Translations under genes and position numbers: made by a program | Shown here: in pieces, positions 19,717 to 27,668 of the stretch | How positions within the stretch are numbered: the stretch's first letter is position 1 | Layout: each line of letters opens with the position of its first letter | Source of the DNA: Acholeplasma laidlawii PG-8A | GTDB lineage: Bacteria > Bacillota_I > Bacilli_A > Acholeplasmatales > Acholeplasmataceae | Length of the DNA stretch: 32,000 nucleotides | Direction of reading: 5' to 3' | NCBI RefSeq assembly: GCF_000018785.1 | Contig: NC_010163.1 | Span: 1,350,001 to 1,382,000, forward strand | Notes under the pieces: model-generated | What the model was told of the DNA's origin: nothing | The model's input: only the letters and a program-made list of their open reading frames with translations | The model's database searches: none

Positions 19717-20700
19717 TTATGGTCTTGCTTTAGCTAATTTTCTAATGTAAGCAGCAATCTTTTCAGGTTGTGGGAAGTGATAATGTTCTCCTCTAGCTAA
19801 AGGTACTGTAATATCAAATCCTGTAAAACGTACTGGAGCAGCTTCTAAATGGAAGAATGCTTTTTCATTAACCATTGTAATAAGTTCTGCAGCTGGACCA
19901 TAAGATTTAACAGCTTCTGTAACAACCATGAATTTACCTGTTTTCTTAACAGAGTTTAAAATAGTTTCTTCATCAATTGGTGAAATAGTTCTTAAGTCAA
20001 TAATTTCAACAGAAATACCTTCTGCTTCAACTAACTTAACAGCCTTTTCAACTTCACGTACGATTGAACCCCATGCAACAACGGTCATATCAGTACCTTG
20101 TTTTACAACTTTTGCTTTACCAATTGGAATTTCATACATTTCTGCAGGAACTTCTTGTTTACCAGCTCTATAAATTCTCTTAGGTTCTAAGAAAACAACT
20201 GGGTCTGGATCATTGATGGCAGCAAGTAATAAACCTTTTGCATCATATGGTGTAGAAGGTGTTACTACTTTTAAACCTGGGATTGAACCAAATAAAACTT
20301 CTAATGCTTCAGAGTGGTGTTCTAAAGCACGGATACCACCACCGTGTGGTAAACGTAATACCATTGGAACAGTAAATTGTCCACGGCTTCTATTACGCAT
20401 ACGTGCAGCGTGTGTAACTAAATCTGTATAACCTGGGAAAATAAATCCGTCAAATTGAATTTCAGCGATTGGTTTAAGACCATTAATTGCCATACCTACT
20501 GCAGAACCTACGATTGCAGATTCAGCGATTGGAGTGTCAAATACTCTTGTCTCACCATATTTCTTTTGAAGGCCAGCTGTGACACGGAATACCCCACCTT
20601 CAAAACCAGCGTCTTCACCAAATACAACGATAGACTCATCTTTTTCCATTGCTTGGTCAATAGCTTGATTGATTGCTTCTAATAGTGTGATGATTGCCAT
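19717..20700 (-). CDS. pdhB: Pyruvate dehydrogenase E1 beta subunit
   Basis: 327 aa. Typical transketolase-like pyrimidine-binding and C-terminal domains (FGEDAG..GGVFRVT, FDTPIAE, RLPHGGG). Confidence 0.95.
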   Translation of the reverse strand: MAIITLLEAINQAIDQAMEKDESIVVFGEDAGFEGGVFRVTAGLQKKYGETRVFDTPIAESAIVGSAVGMAINGLKPIAEIQFDGFIFPGYTDLVTHAARMRNRSRGQFTVPMVLRLPHGGGIRALEHHSEALEVLFGSIPGLKVVTPSTPYDAKGLLLAAINDPDPVVFLEPKRIYRAGKQEVPAEMYEIPIGKAKVVKQGTDMTVVAWGSIVREVEKAVKLVEAEGISVEIIDLRTISPIDEETILNSVKKTGKFMVVTEAVKSYGPAAELITMVNEKAFFHLEAAPVRFTGFDITVPLARGEHYHFPQPEKIAAYIRKLAKARP

Positions 20701-20701
20701 A

Positions 20702-21787
20702 TTACTTTACTCCTTCCAAATACTTTTTGTGTTCTTCGTATTGTTCCTTTAATTGAGGAGTCATTTCTGCATATGTATGTTCGAAGATTTCGATTAATTC
20801 AACATTTGCTCCATAACTTTCAACTTTCTTGAATGTATCATTGATTTCTGCTAATACTTCTTCTTCTAATTTCTTATCTTCTTCTTCAGACCAATAGCCT
20901 TTATTGATTAAGTATGTCTTAAATCTAGCAATTTGATCTTTCTTTGCCCATTCGTTTTCTTCTTCTTTAGTTCTGTAAATTGAAGGGTCATCAGAAGTTG
21001 TATGAGGTCCCATACGGTATGTGAATGCTTCAATTAAAGTTGGACCATCACCTTTTCTAGCACGATCCATAGCTTCTTTACTTGCAACATACATAGCTAA
21101 CATATCGTTACCATCTACTTGGATGTAAGGAATACCGAATGCTACACCTTTTTGAGCTAATGTTTCTGAGTTAGAAGCTTTTCTAACTGGAGTTGAAATC
21201 GCCCATTGGTTGTTTTGGATAACAGCAACAACTGGAGCTTTAAATGATGCAGCAAAGTTTAATCCTTCATAGAATTCACCATGTGCTGTACCACCATCAC
21301 CGATTGTGAATGCAGTTACTTCATTTGTTTTTCTAATTTTTGAAGCCATTGCTAAACCAGCAGCAATATTTGATTGTGAACCAATAATAATATTTGTTGG
21401 TAAGATTTTCACGCCTTCAGGTTTGATTGAACCTCTTTCGTTACCATACCAGTATAAGAACACATTTTCTAATTTATCGCCACGATATAATAAAGTGTTT
21501 AACTCTCTATACATTGGTGAGTTCCAGTCTTGTGGTTCCATTGCAGCAGCCATACCAATTTGTGCTGCTTCTTGTCCCATGTTTGGTGCATAGGTTAACA
21601 TACGACCTTGTCTTTGGTATTGTAATGCTTTAATATCAGCATTACGACCTAAAACTGCAGTCTTATACATTTTTAACAATGTCTCTTTCGGTAATTTTGG
21701 TTCCATTTTCTCGTTAACCACTTTACCGTTTTGATCTAGTATTTGAAATTGCTTATCTTTTGAAGCATCATATTTCTTTGCGATCAT
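20702..21787 (-). CDS. pdhA: Pyruvate dehydrogenase E1 alpha subunit
   Basis: 361 aa. ThDP-binding motif IGDGGTAHGEFYEGLNFAASFKAPVVAVIQNNQWAIS. It is 1 bp from pdhB, and an RBS aggagg is upstream. Confidence 0.95.
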   Translation of the reverse strand: MIAKKYDASKDKQFQILDQNGKVVNEKMEPKLPKETLLKMYKTAVLGRNADIKALQYQRQGRMLTYAPNMGQEAAQIGMAAAMEPQDWNSPMYRELNTLLYRGDKLENVFLYWYGNERGSIKPEGVKILPTNIIIGSQSNIAAGLAMASKIRKTNEVTAFTIGDGGTAHGEFYEGLNFAASFKAPVVAVIQNNQWAISTPVRKASNSETLAQKGVAFGIPYIQVDGNDMLAMYVASKEAMDRARKGDGPTLIEAFTYRMGPHTTSDDPSIYRTKEEENEWAKKDQIARFKTYLINKGYWSEEEDKKLEEEVLAEINDTFKKVESYGANVELIEIFEHTYAEMTPQLKEQYEEHKKYLEGVK

Positions 21788-21835
21788 AACTTCCTCCTAA
21801 TTAAAAAGTTTTTATCATAACTAGATTATATAATA

Positions 21836-21866
21836 AAAAAGCCTAATCACATTGAAAAAGGCTTTT
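21836..21866 (-). terminator. Probable terminator after the Fic gene, overlapping the pdhA promoter
   Basis: Stem aaaagcct/aggctttt with a large (about 14 nt) loop. On the minus strand it is followed by a T-run and then TATAAT upstream of pdhA. Confidence 0.45.
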
Positions 21867-21942
21867 AAAAAACTTACGCTGTTAACCGATTGTGTATTTC
21901 TTCCACACATTTTGGTATTTATACAACATTTGATGAACTTTT

Positions 21943-22542
21943 TTAATTCTCTTTAACGATGATTTTATTTAAAATCGTCTTAATGTTCAAGAATTCTCCG
22001 ATTGCGCCCCACACAAATCCATTACGTAAATCATTACTTGCTAAACCAAACCCTTCTAAGTCGATTTGGTAGCCATATTTTCTAACAAATAAGTCCATAT
22101 ACACGATTAAAGTTCTTGTATTACCTTCTCTAAGTGGGTGGACCACCCAAAGATCAACTATAAACTTACATAAATGGTCAATAAACTCTGATTTTGTTAC
22201 AAATTTCCATGGATAGCCTTGGTATTTTAAATCTATTTGTTTAAGTTCTTTTTCAATTGTTCTAAAGTCTGCAAATTCAACTAAACCATCACCTAAAATA
22301 AATTCTGAGGTTGTCATATTTACAGTTCTAATTTGTCCAGCCCATGGAAAAACATTCTCAAATAGCAGTTTATGCAACTCTAAAAAATCAAACGCACTCT
22401 CCATTTTTGGTGGATTTTTAAGGATATTTAGCATTGCAAGGCCAAATTGGTTGGCTGTATAGGTCTTTAATAGTGCTTTATCCCTTATACCCATGACATT
22501 TACATGGGTATTAGTGCCTTCATAAAAATATGGATCACTCAT
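21943..22542 (-). CDS. Fic-domain protein, VbhT/FicT-like toxin with a non-canonical Fic motif
   Basis: 199 aa. The N-terminus MSDPYFYEGTNTHVNVMGIRDKALL matches the DPYxYPGT..L.N..GI start of E. coli Fic/VbhT-type proteins. The active-site loop is HPLREGNTRTLI against the canonical HxFx(D/E)GNGRxxR. ATGA start/stop overlap with the upstream gene. Confidence 0.88.
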   Translation of the reverse strand: MSDPYFYEGTNTHVNVMGIRDKALLKTYTANQFGLAMLNILKNPPKMESAFDFLELHKLLFENVFPWAGQIRTVNMTTSEFILGDGLVEFADFRTIEKELKQIDLKYQGYPWKFVTKSEFIDHLCKFIVDLWVVHPLREGNTRTLIVYMDLFVRKYGYQIDLEGFGLASNDLRNGFVWGAIGEFLNIKTILNKIIVKEN

Positions 22543-22862
22543 CGTATTTTCCTACTTAATGCAAAGACTGCAGTATCTAAATCTATTAAGTTCTTAGCAT
22601 AGAGTTTTAAGATGTTATTTGCATAATCACTAGGTATACCTCCACCAAAGGCATTATAAGCTACTGCTTTTTCTAGTTCTTTATATGCTTTCTCGTATTG
22701 AGGTAGTTTTACTTCAAAAGGAATACCTTCTTCTAGTACTACTTGACGTAAAAATATATTGATAGCATCAGAAATTCTTAAATTAAAGTTTTTTAATATC
22801 TCTTCTGCTTTAGTTTTTGTATCTTCATCAATTCTTACATTGATATATTCATTCTTTTTCAT
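22539..22862 (-). CDS. DinJ/RelB-family (ribbon-helix-helix) antitoxin with a roughly 50-aa C-terminal extension
   Basis: MKKNEYINVRIDEDTKTKAEEILKNFNLRISDAINIFLRQVVLEEGIPFEV closely parallels E. coli DinJ (VRARIDEDLKNQA...GLTISD...PF). I place the start at the ATG at 22862, which has an aggtga RBS 5 nt upstream, rather than the ORF-track start at 22889. The predicted -10 would lie inside that longer ORF. Confidence 0.82.
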   Translation of the reverse strand: MKKNEYINVRIDEDTKTKAEEILKNFNLRISDAINIFLRQVVLEEGIPFEVKLPQYEKAYKELEKAVAYNAFGGGIPSDYANNILKLYAKNLIDLDTAVFALSRKIR

Positions 22863-22865
22863 ATT

Positions 22866-22905
22866 ATCACCTAACTCATTGTAACACATTTGTTTTACAA
22901 AATAA
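22866..22905 (-). promoter_or_regulatory. Putative promoter/operator of the antitoxin-Fic pair
   Basis: The minus strand carries an extended -10, TGtTACAAT (plus-strand attgta at 22878-22883). The inverted repeat TTGTAA-N10-TTACAA (22879-22900) overlaps it, as expected for RHH antitoxin autoregulation. Confidence 0.4.
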
Positions 22906-22991
22906 ACTATAAAACATTCTAAAATATTCTTTTATTTCTCATAATATTTAATTAGATATTTCATACACTATTTTTTTATCTAGTTATAATA

Positions 22992-23028
22992 AAAACAAGT
23001 CACCCCTATCTATGGGATGACTTGTTTT
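22992..23028 (-). terminator. Rho-independent terminator after the 166-aa membrane protein gene
   Basis: Stem acaagtcaccc/ggg(a)tgacttgt with loop ctatctat. Flanked by A and T runs, with a T-run on the minus strand. Confidence 0.65.
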
Positions 23029-23047
23029 ACTACAAATTATTTGATTG

Positions 23048-23548
23048 TTATTTTTTATTTTCTACATCGTTTATATTGTTATTCTTATTTTTCTTTTGAA
23101 TATATACATGTGTTGCAGACATTGATATAATTGCAAGTCCGGTGGCTATAAATATTCTAGGATTAATACCGTTTAACACTAACCAATTTGGAATTCTAAT
23201 ACCATCATTATAATATCGATTCGTTGTTATATATCCGAATGTTGAGTTAACAATCGCTAACGTCCCTGAGTCTTCCCCTTCATAACGATACATCGCAAGT
23301 GAAACAGAAGTATATAGTGTTAATTCTTCTATATTATTACTTGTTAATATGATGTACATAGTGCCTTCATTATATAAAGCTTGATGTATCTTTATTTCAG
23401 TTAAATCACCTAGATACTTTTCTAATCTATAAACTGCAGTACTATAATCTCTTTCACTTTTGGTTGGTAAACACATTAATACAAACATTATCATAGTAAA
23501 TATGCCTACAACCCAATATATTTTTTTACGTTCACTTAATACTTTCAT
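23048..23548 (-). CDS. Hypothetical membrane protein (N- and C-terminal TM helices)
   Basis: 166-aa ORF. TM near the N-terminus (IYWVVGIFTMIMFVLMCL) and near the C-terminus (IFIATGLAIISMSATHVYI). Asn/Lys-rich tail. No recognisable motif. Confidence 0.65.
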   Translation of the reverse strand: MKVLSERKKIYWVVGIFTMIMFVLMCLPTKSERDYSTAVYRLEKYLGDLTEIKIHQALYNEGTMYIILTSNNIEELTLYTSVSLAMYRYEGEDSGTLAIVNSTFGYITTNRYYNDGIRIPNWLVLNGINPRIFIATGLAIISMSATHVYIQKKNKNNNINDVENKK

Positions 23549-23646
23549 ATCCTATTTTCCCCTTTAATAGTAGATATTTATTTCATTTAATATTTTATCA
23601 GCACTTAAGTGTAAGAAATTATTTATATAACATGTATGACATCTAA

Positions 23647-24516
23647 TTATTTATTTTTATTCTTATGAAGTATTAAAATTAATTCTCTTAAAGATTTTGC
23701 AGCAACTGCATTGGATGCACCACTTGGATCTAAGTAAGGTGATAACTCAACAATATCAGCACCTACTATATGGTTTAATTTCTCAAATTGATCAAAAGCC
23801 CATAATAAGTCTTTGTATTGCATACCACCTGGTTCAGGTGTACCTGTACCAGGAAATACTGCAGGATCTAGTACATCTAAGTCGATTGTAATATATACAG
23901 GTTTATCTTTGATTTGTTCAACAATCTTATCTAGACCTTCAAAATCAAACTTTTGTTGGTGGATATGTTTTTTGGCCCACTCAAACTCATGCTTGTCACC
24001 ACTTCTAATACCGAATTGGAATATTTTGTGGTCTCCTAAGAATTTATGAGCTTGTCTCATAAATGTTGCATGAGATAGTTCTCTACCAAAAAACTCTTCG
24101 CGTAAATCTGTATGTGCATCTAAATGAATAACATGTAAATCATTATACTTTTCATGTAATGCTTTTAATACAGGATAAGTAATTAAGTGTTCTCCACCAA
24201 TAACCATCGGTTTCTTGCCGTCTTTAATGACAGTTTTAGTTGCTTCATATACGATATCTAGTGCATCTTCAACTGCACCAATTGGTAAATCTAAATCCCC
24301 CGTATCTACAGTTTTAAAATCTTTTAAGTCTGCATCACGGTAAGGTGAGTACCATTCTACCCCAAAAGAGTCTACACGTATTGCATTACCTGCAAAACGT
24401 GTACCTGGTCTAAAGGATGTTGTTGCATCCATTGGTACTGAATATATAACTACATCTGCTTCATCATAGCTTGATGTGCATGATTGAAATGATAAATCTA
24501 CTTTACTTAATTTCAT
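23647..24516 (-). CDS. speB: Agmatinase (ureohydrolase family)
   Basis: 289 aa. Mn-binding motifs GGEH, HLDAHTDL, TIDLDVLDP and SLRELI. 4-bp overlap with the upstream decarboxylase. Confidence 0.92.
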   Translation of the reverse strand: MKLSKVDLSFQSCTSSYDEADVVIYSVPMDATTSFRPGTRFAGNAIRVDSFGVEWYSPYRDADLKDFKTVDTGDLDLPIGAVEDALDIVYEATKTVIKDGKKPMVIGGEHLITYPVLKALHEKYNDLHVIHLDAHTDLREEFFGRELSHATFMRQAHKFLGDHKIFQFGIRSGDKHEFEWAKKHIHQQKFDFEGLDKIVEQIKDKPVYITIDLDVLDPAVFPGTGTPEPGGMQYKDLLWAFDQFEKLNHIVGADIVELSPYLDPSGASNAVAAKSLRELILILHKNKNK

Positions 24517-25988
24517 AAGTCTCCCTCATATTTAAACCACAAGTCTTTGTCTACTACTTTAATATATCCATCTTCTGTGTCAGATAATATGGTAGATCCT
24601 TGGGCTGTATAAAATTCTAAGTCCTCTAATATTTCTTGATTAATAATTTCTCCTGGTATGACAAGCGGTATGCCTGGAGGATACACCATGATGTTTTCTG
24701 CAGCTACTTCATTTAAAGCATCTTCTATTTTTACATATTTTTTAGGTGCGTGATATGCCTCACGTGGTCTGGTATAAGAATCTGGATATGTAAATCTAAT
24801 CTTGTGAGCAATCTTAACATCTTTTTTATACGCGACTAGCCCTTTTAAACCTTCAACAAATCTATCTAGATCGTTTTGAGTAGTACCAATGGATAGGACC
24901 GCCAATATAAGGTGCGTTTCAGCTAACTCCATTTGAATACCAAACTTATCACTTAATATGTTATATGCTTCAAAACCTGTAATACCTAAGTCTGATACTT
25001 TAACCATAATTTTTGTTTCATCATAGTTAAAACCTTTATTGTTTATAACATCTTGTTTGGTCATAGCTTTTAAACCAGATATCTGATTGATTTCATCTCT
25101 AGTTTTTCGAGTCATCTCGATGACTTTATCTAATGCTTCTTTACCATGCACTGCGATATGGCTTCTAGATGCATCTATCGATGCCATAAATAAGGAGGAT
25201 GGTGATGTAGACTGTAAGATATTTAAAGTAGATTGAACTCTACTTGGTTCTATGCGGTCTCCTTTAATAAGTAAGATAGAAGACTGTGTTAATGAACCTA
25301 CTGTTTTATGAATACTTCCTGCTGACATATCAGCACCAGCAGCCATAGCGCTAATTGGTAACTTATCATTAAAGTTAAAGTGTGCACCATGCGCTTCATC
25401 ACATAACACTAACATGTCATGTGCATGTGCAATCTTTACAACTTCTTCTAAGTTAGAAGTTACGCCAAAATAAGTCGGGTTAATTACAAATACTGCCTTA
25501 GCATCTGGATGTTCTGCAATCGTTTCTTTTAACTCTTCAATATCAATCCCATTAGCAATACCTAAGTCACTATCAATATAAGGTTTCATAAAAATAGGCA
25601 TAGCACCTGATAGGATAAGCCCATTAATCGCAGATTTATGGACATTTCTAGGTATAATGATCTTTTCTTTGGCACGGCAAGCAGTCATAATCATTGCCAT
25701 AATACCTTGTGATGTACCATTCATTAAAAAGTAAGCATGGTCTGCACCAAAAGCATCCGCTGCTAGCGCTTGTGCTTCTTTAATAACGCCTTTAGGTTTT
25801 GATAGATTATCTAAACCTCTTGGAGCATTAGCATCTAACAAAAATAGATGTTCTCCAACGTAGTTTCTAAAGTCGTTTTGTATAGCGCCTAGTTTATGAT
25901 CGGGCACGTCTAATGCGACAGTATGTGACTGTCCATAACTTTTAATTTTATCATAAAAAGGTGTTTTGGTTTGGTCTAATTTTGCCAC
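24513..25988 (-). CDS. speA: PLP-dependent Orn/Lys/Arg decarboxylase (B. subtilis SpeA-type arginine decarboxylase)
   Basis: 491 aa. PLP-lysine context SAGSIHKTVGSLTQSS. GTSQG and DEAHGAH motifs. GTG start with a gggag RBS about 10 nt upstream. Its pairing with speB implies the arginine to agmatine to putrescine route. Confidence 0.88.
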   Translation of the reverse strand: MAKLDQTKTPFYDKIKSYGQSHTVALDVPDHKLGAIQNDFRNYVGEHLFLLDANAPRGLDNLSKPKGVIKEAQALAADAFGADHAYFLMNGTSQGIMAMIMTACRAKEKIIIPRNVHKSAINGLILSGAMPIFMKPYIDSDLGIANGIDIEELKETIAEHPDAKAVFVINPTYFGVTSNLEEVVKIAHAHDMLVLCDEAHGAHFNFNDKLPISAMAAGADMSAGSIHKTVGSLTQSSILLIKGDRIEPSRVQSTLNILQSTSPSSLFMASIDASRSHIAVHGKEALDKVIEMTRKTRDEINQISGLKAMTKQDVINNKGFNYDETKIMVKVSDLGITGFEAYNILSDKFGIQMELAETHLILAVLSIGTTQNDLDRFVEGLKGLVAYKKDVKIAHKIRFTYPDSYTRPREAYHAPKKYVKIEDALNEVAAENIMVYPPGIPLVIPGEIINQEILEDLEFYTAQGSTILSDTEDGYIKVVDKDLWFKYEGDL

Positions 25989-26115
25989 TGATGCACACTC
26001 CCTTATTGTATTATTATTTTGTTAATTTATAATACCATATTATTCATTTTTTTAAAGAATAAATAACCATATTTTGTGTAAATGTCGTATAATATAATCT
26101 ACTGGGGGTTACGTT

Positions 26116-26970
26116 ATGAAAAGAAGACAAATTATTATTTTTAGCATCGTCATTGCATTTAGTATTTTAGTGTTAACACTATCTATTTTATCGCTTGTTT
26201 TTGATGAATATTTAGCATCAACTATTGATGTTATTGGTATTCGTATTGCTGCAATTGTTATTGCATTTGGTTCCTTTGGTTCAAGTACTTTATTTAGTCT
26301 ATTAATCCTTCATCACAATACAACCGTCAGTCAAATTAATGATGACGTCAACAGACGTGCAGAATTATTTAGAGAGTTACAATTTAACTCTAGTAACTAC
26401 TCCATTATTGAATTTATGGACCGCATGTTAATATATAACGAATCAGAAAGATACGTTGAAAGATATGTCCAAAGAAAAGATTATGTATTCCATATGATTG
26501 AACAAAATGCTGATATTGATCATGTTGCATCAAATATTAACGACTATAAATTCTTCTCCTTTAAAATACCATTTAAGGTTGTTGAAGGTAAACTTATATC
26601 TAAAATTACATTTAATCAAATTTACTTTGAAAGACAGGATACAAGATTCTTCTTTGTACCTCCAAAGGGGTATCCATATAGTAGAGCATTCTTGCTATAT
26701 AATGAAACAACCAAACGAAACAACGTCATTATTAACTTGATTGTTAAAAAGGAAAGTGCATTCTTTGTTCCTGAAGAAATTAATGTATTCTCTAAAATTA
26801 AGATGGATATGACAATCGTCAGTTTACTTGGTGTAGGTATTCACGGTTTAAGTGAACTTTACTTTACAAACCCAGTTAAAATTGAAGGCGATCTCACAAA
26901 TACATATAAGATCAACTCTTCAAACTTCATATTAAAAGGTATGCCTTTCTTATCTAAAGAAGAACAATAA
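26116..26970 (+). CDS. Hypothetical protein, two N-terminal TM helices plus a roughly 200-aa domain of unknown function
   Basis: 284-aa ORF with its own TATAAT and gggggt RBS and a strong downstream terminator. No motif I recognise. Confidence 0.7.
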   Translation: MKRRQIIIFSIVIAFSILVLTLSILSLVFDEYLASTIDVIGIRIAAIVIAFGSFGSSTLFSLLILHHNTTVSQINDDVNRRAELFRELQFNSSNYSIIEFMDRMLIYNESERYVERYVQRKDYVFHMIEQNADIDHVASNINDYKFFSFKIPFKVVEGKLISKITFNQIYFERQDTRFFFVPPKGYPYSRAFLLYNETTKRNNVIINLIVKKESAFFVPEEINVFSKIKMDMTIVSLLGVGIHGLSELYFTNPVKIEGDLTNTYKINSSNFILKGMPFLSKEEQ

Positions 26971-27010
26971 TCATAATGAAGATGGATTTCTATCTTCATT
27001 ATGATTTTTA
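26971..27010 (+). terminator. Rho-independent terminator
   Basis: Perfect 13-bp stem tcataatgaagat/atcttcattatga (26971-26983 and 26992-27004), 8-nt loop, followed by ttttt. Confidence 0.8.
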
Positions 27011-27045
27011 TGTTAAAGTATACATATAATAAGAGGGTGTACAAT

Positions 27046-27627
27046 ATGACTATTGATTCTATTAGAAATGATATTATAAATCATTCTGATCAAACTGAAT
27101 TTACATCAAAAGGGTGGAAACCATTATTTGATGTAAGTAGTTCCTCCAAAATACTGATCATTGGCCAAGCACCAGGGATAAAGACTCAAGAAAAAAACTT
27201 GCTTTGGATGGATCAAAGTGGTAAAAAGTTAAGAAGTTGGTTGGGTGTTGATGAAAAGACATTCTATGACAACAAGTTATTTGGTCAAATGCCTATGGAT
27301 TTTTATTTTCCTGGTAAATCAAAGTCTGGTGATAAACCTCCAAGGAAGGACTTCGCATCAATGTGGCATCCAAAACTACTTAGTTTAATGCCCAATGTAA
27401 AACTAATTATACTTATTGGACAATACAGTCAAAGTTATTATTTAGGTAAAGATTTCAATCAAAACCTGACTCAAACAGTTAAATCTTATAATCAATATTT
27501 ACCAAAGTATTTTCCCCTACCACATCCATCACCTTTAAACTTATTTTGGTTAAAGAAAAACCCTTGGTTTGAAACGGATGTTCTACCTGTTTTACAACAA
27601 ATGATTCAAGAGATACTTCATACTTAA
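27046..27627 (+). CDS. Uracil-DNA glycosylase superfamily protein (non-family-1, cysteine-free)
   Basis: The ATG at 27046 is preceded by aagagggtg. Motif A is IIGQAPG and motif B is HPSPLN. 193 aa. The ORF-track start at 27001 lies inside the upstream terminator. Confidence 0.78.
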   Translation: MTIDSIRNDIINHSDQTEFTSKGWKPLFDVSSSSKILIIGQAPGIKTQEKNLLWMDQSGKKLRSWLGVDEKTFYDNKLFGQMPMDFYFPGKSKSGDKPPRKDFASMWHPKLLSLMPNVKLIILIGQYSQSYYLGKDFNQNLTQTVKSYNQYLPKYFPLPHPSPLNLFWLKKNPWFETDVLPVLQQMIQEILHT

Positions 27628-27635
27628 AGTACATT

Positions 27636-27665
27636 AAAAAACTCAAGCCTAGCTTGAGTTTTAAA
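27636..27665. terminator. Bidirectional terminator between convergent genes
   Basis: aaaaa-actcaagc-cta-gcttgagt-tttt. Confidence 0.75.
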
Positions 27666-27668
27666 TTT

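Noticed and set aside
23601-23610. Perfect 10-bp palindrome cacttaagtg downstream of speB.
   Set aside because: It is too short and has no loop, so it cannot form a terminator hairpin. A palindrome of this length is expected by chance in AT-rich intergenic DNA.
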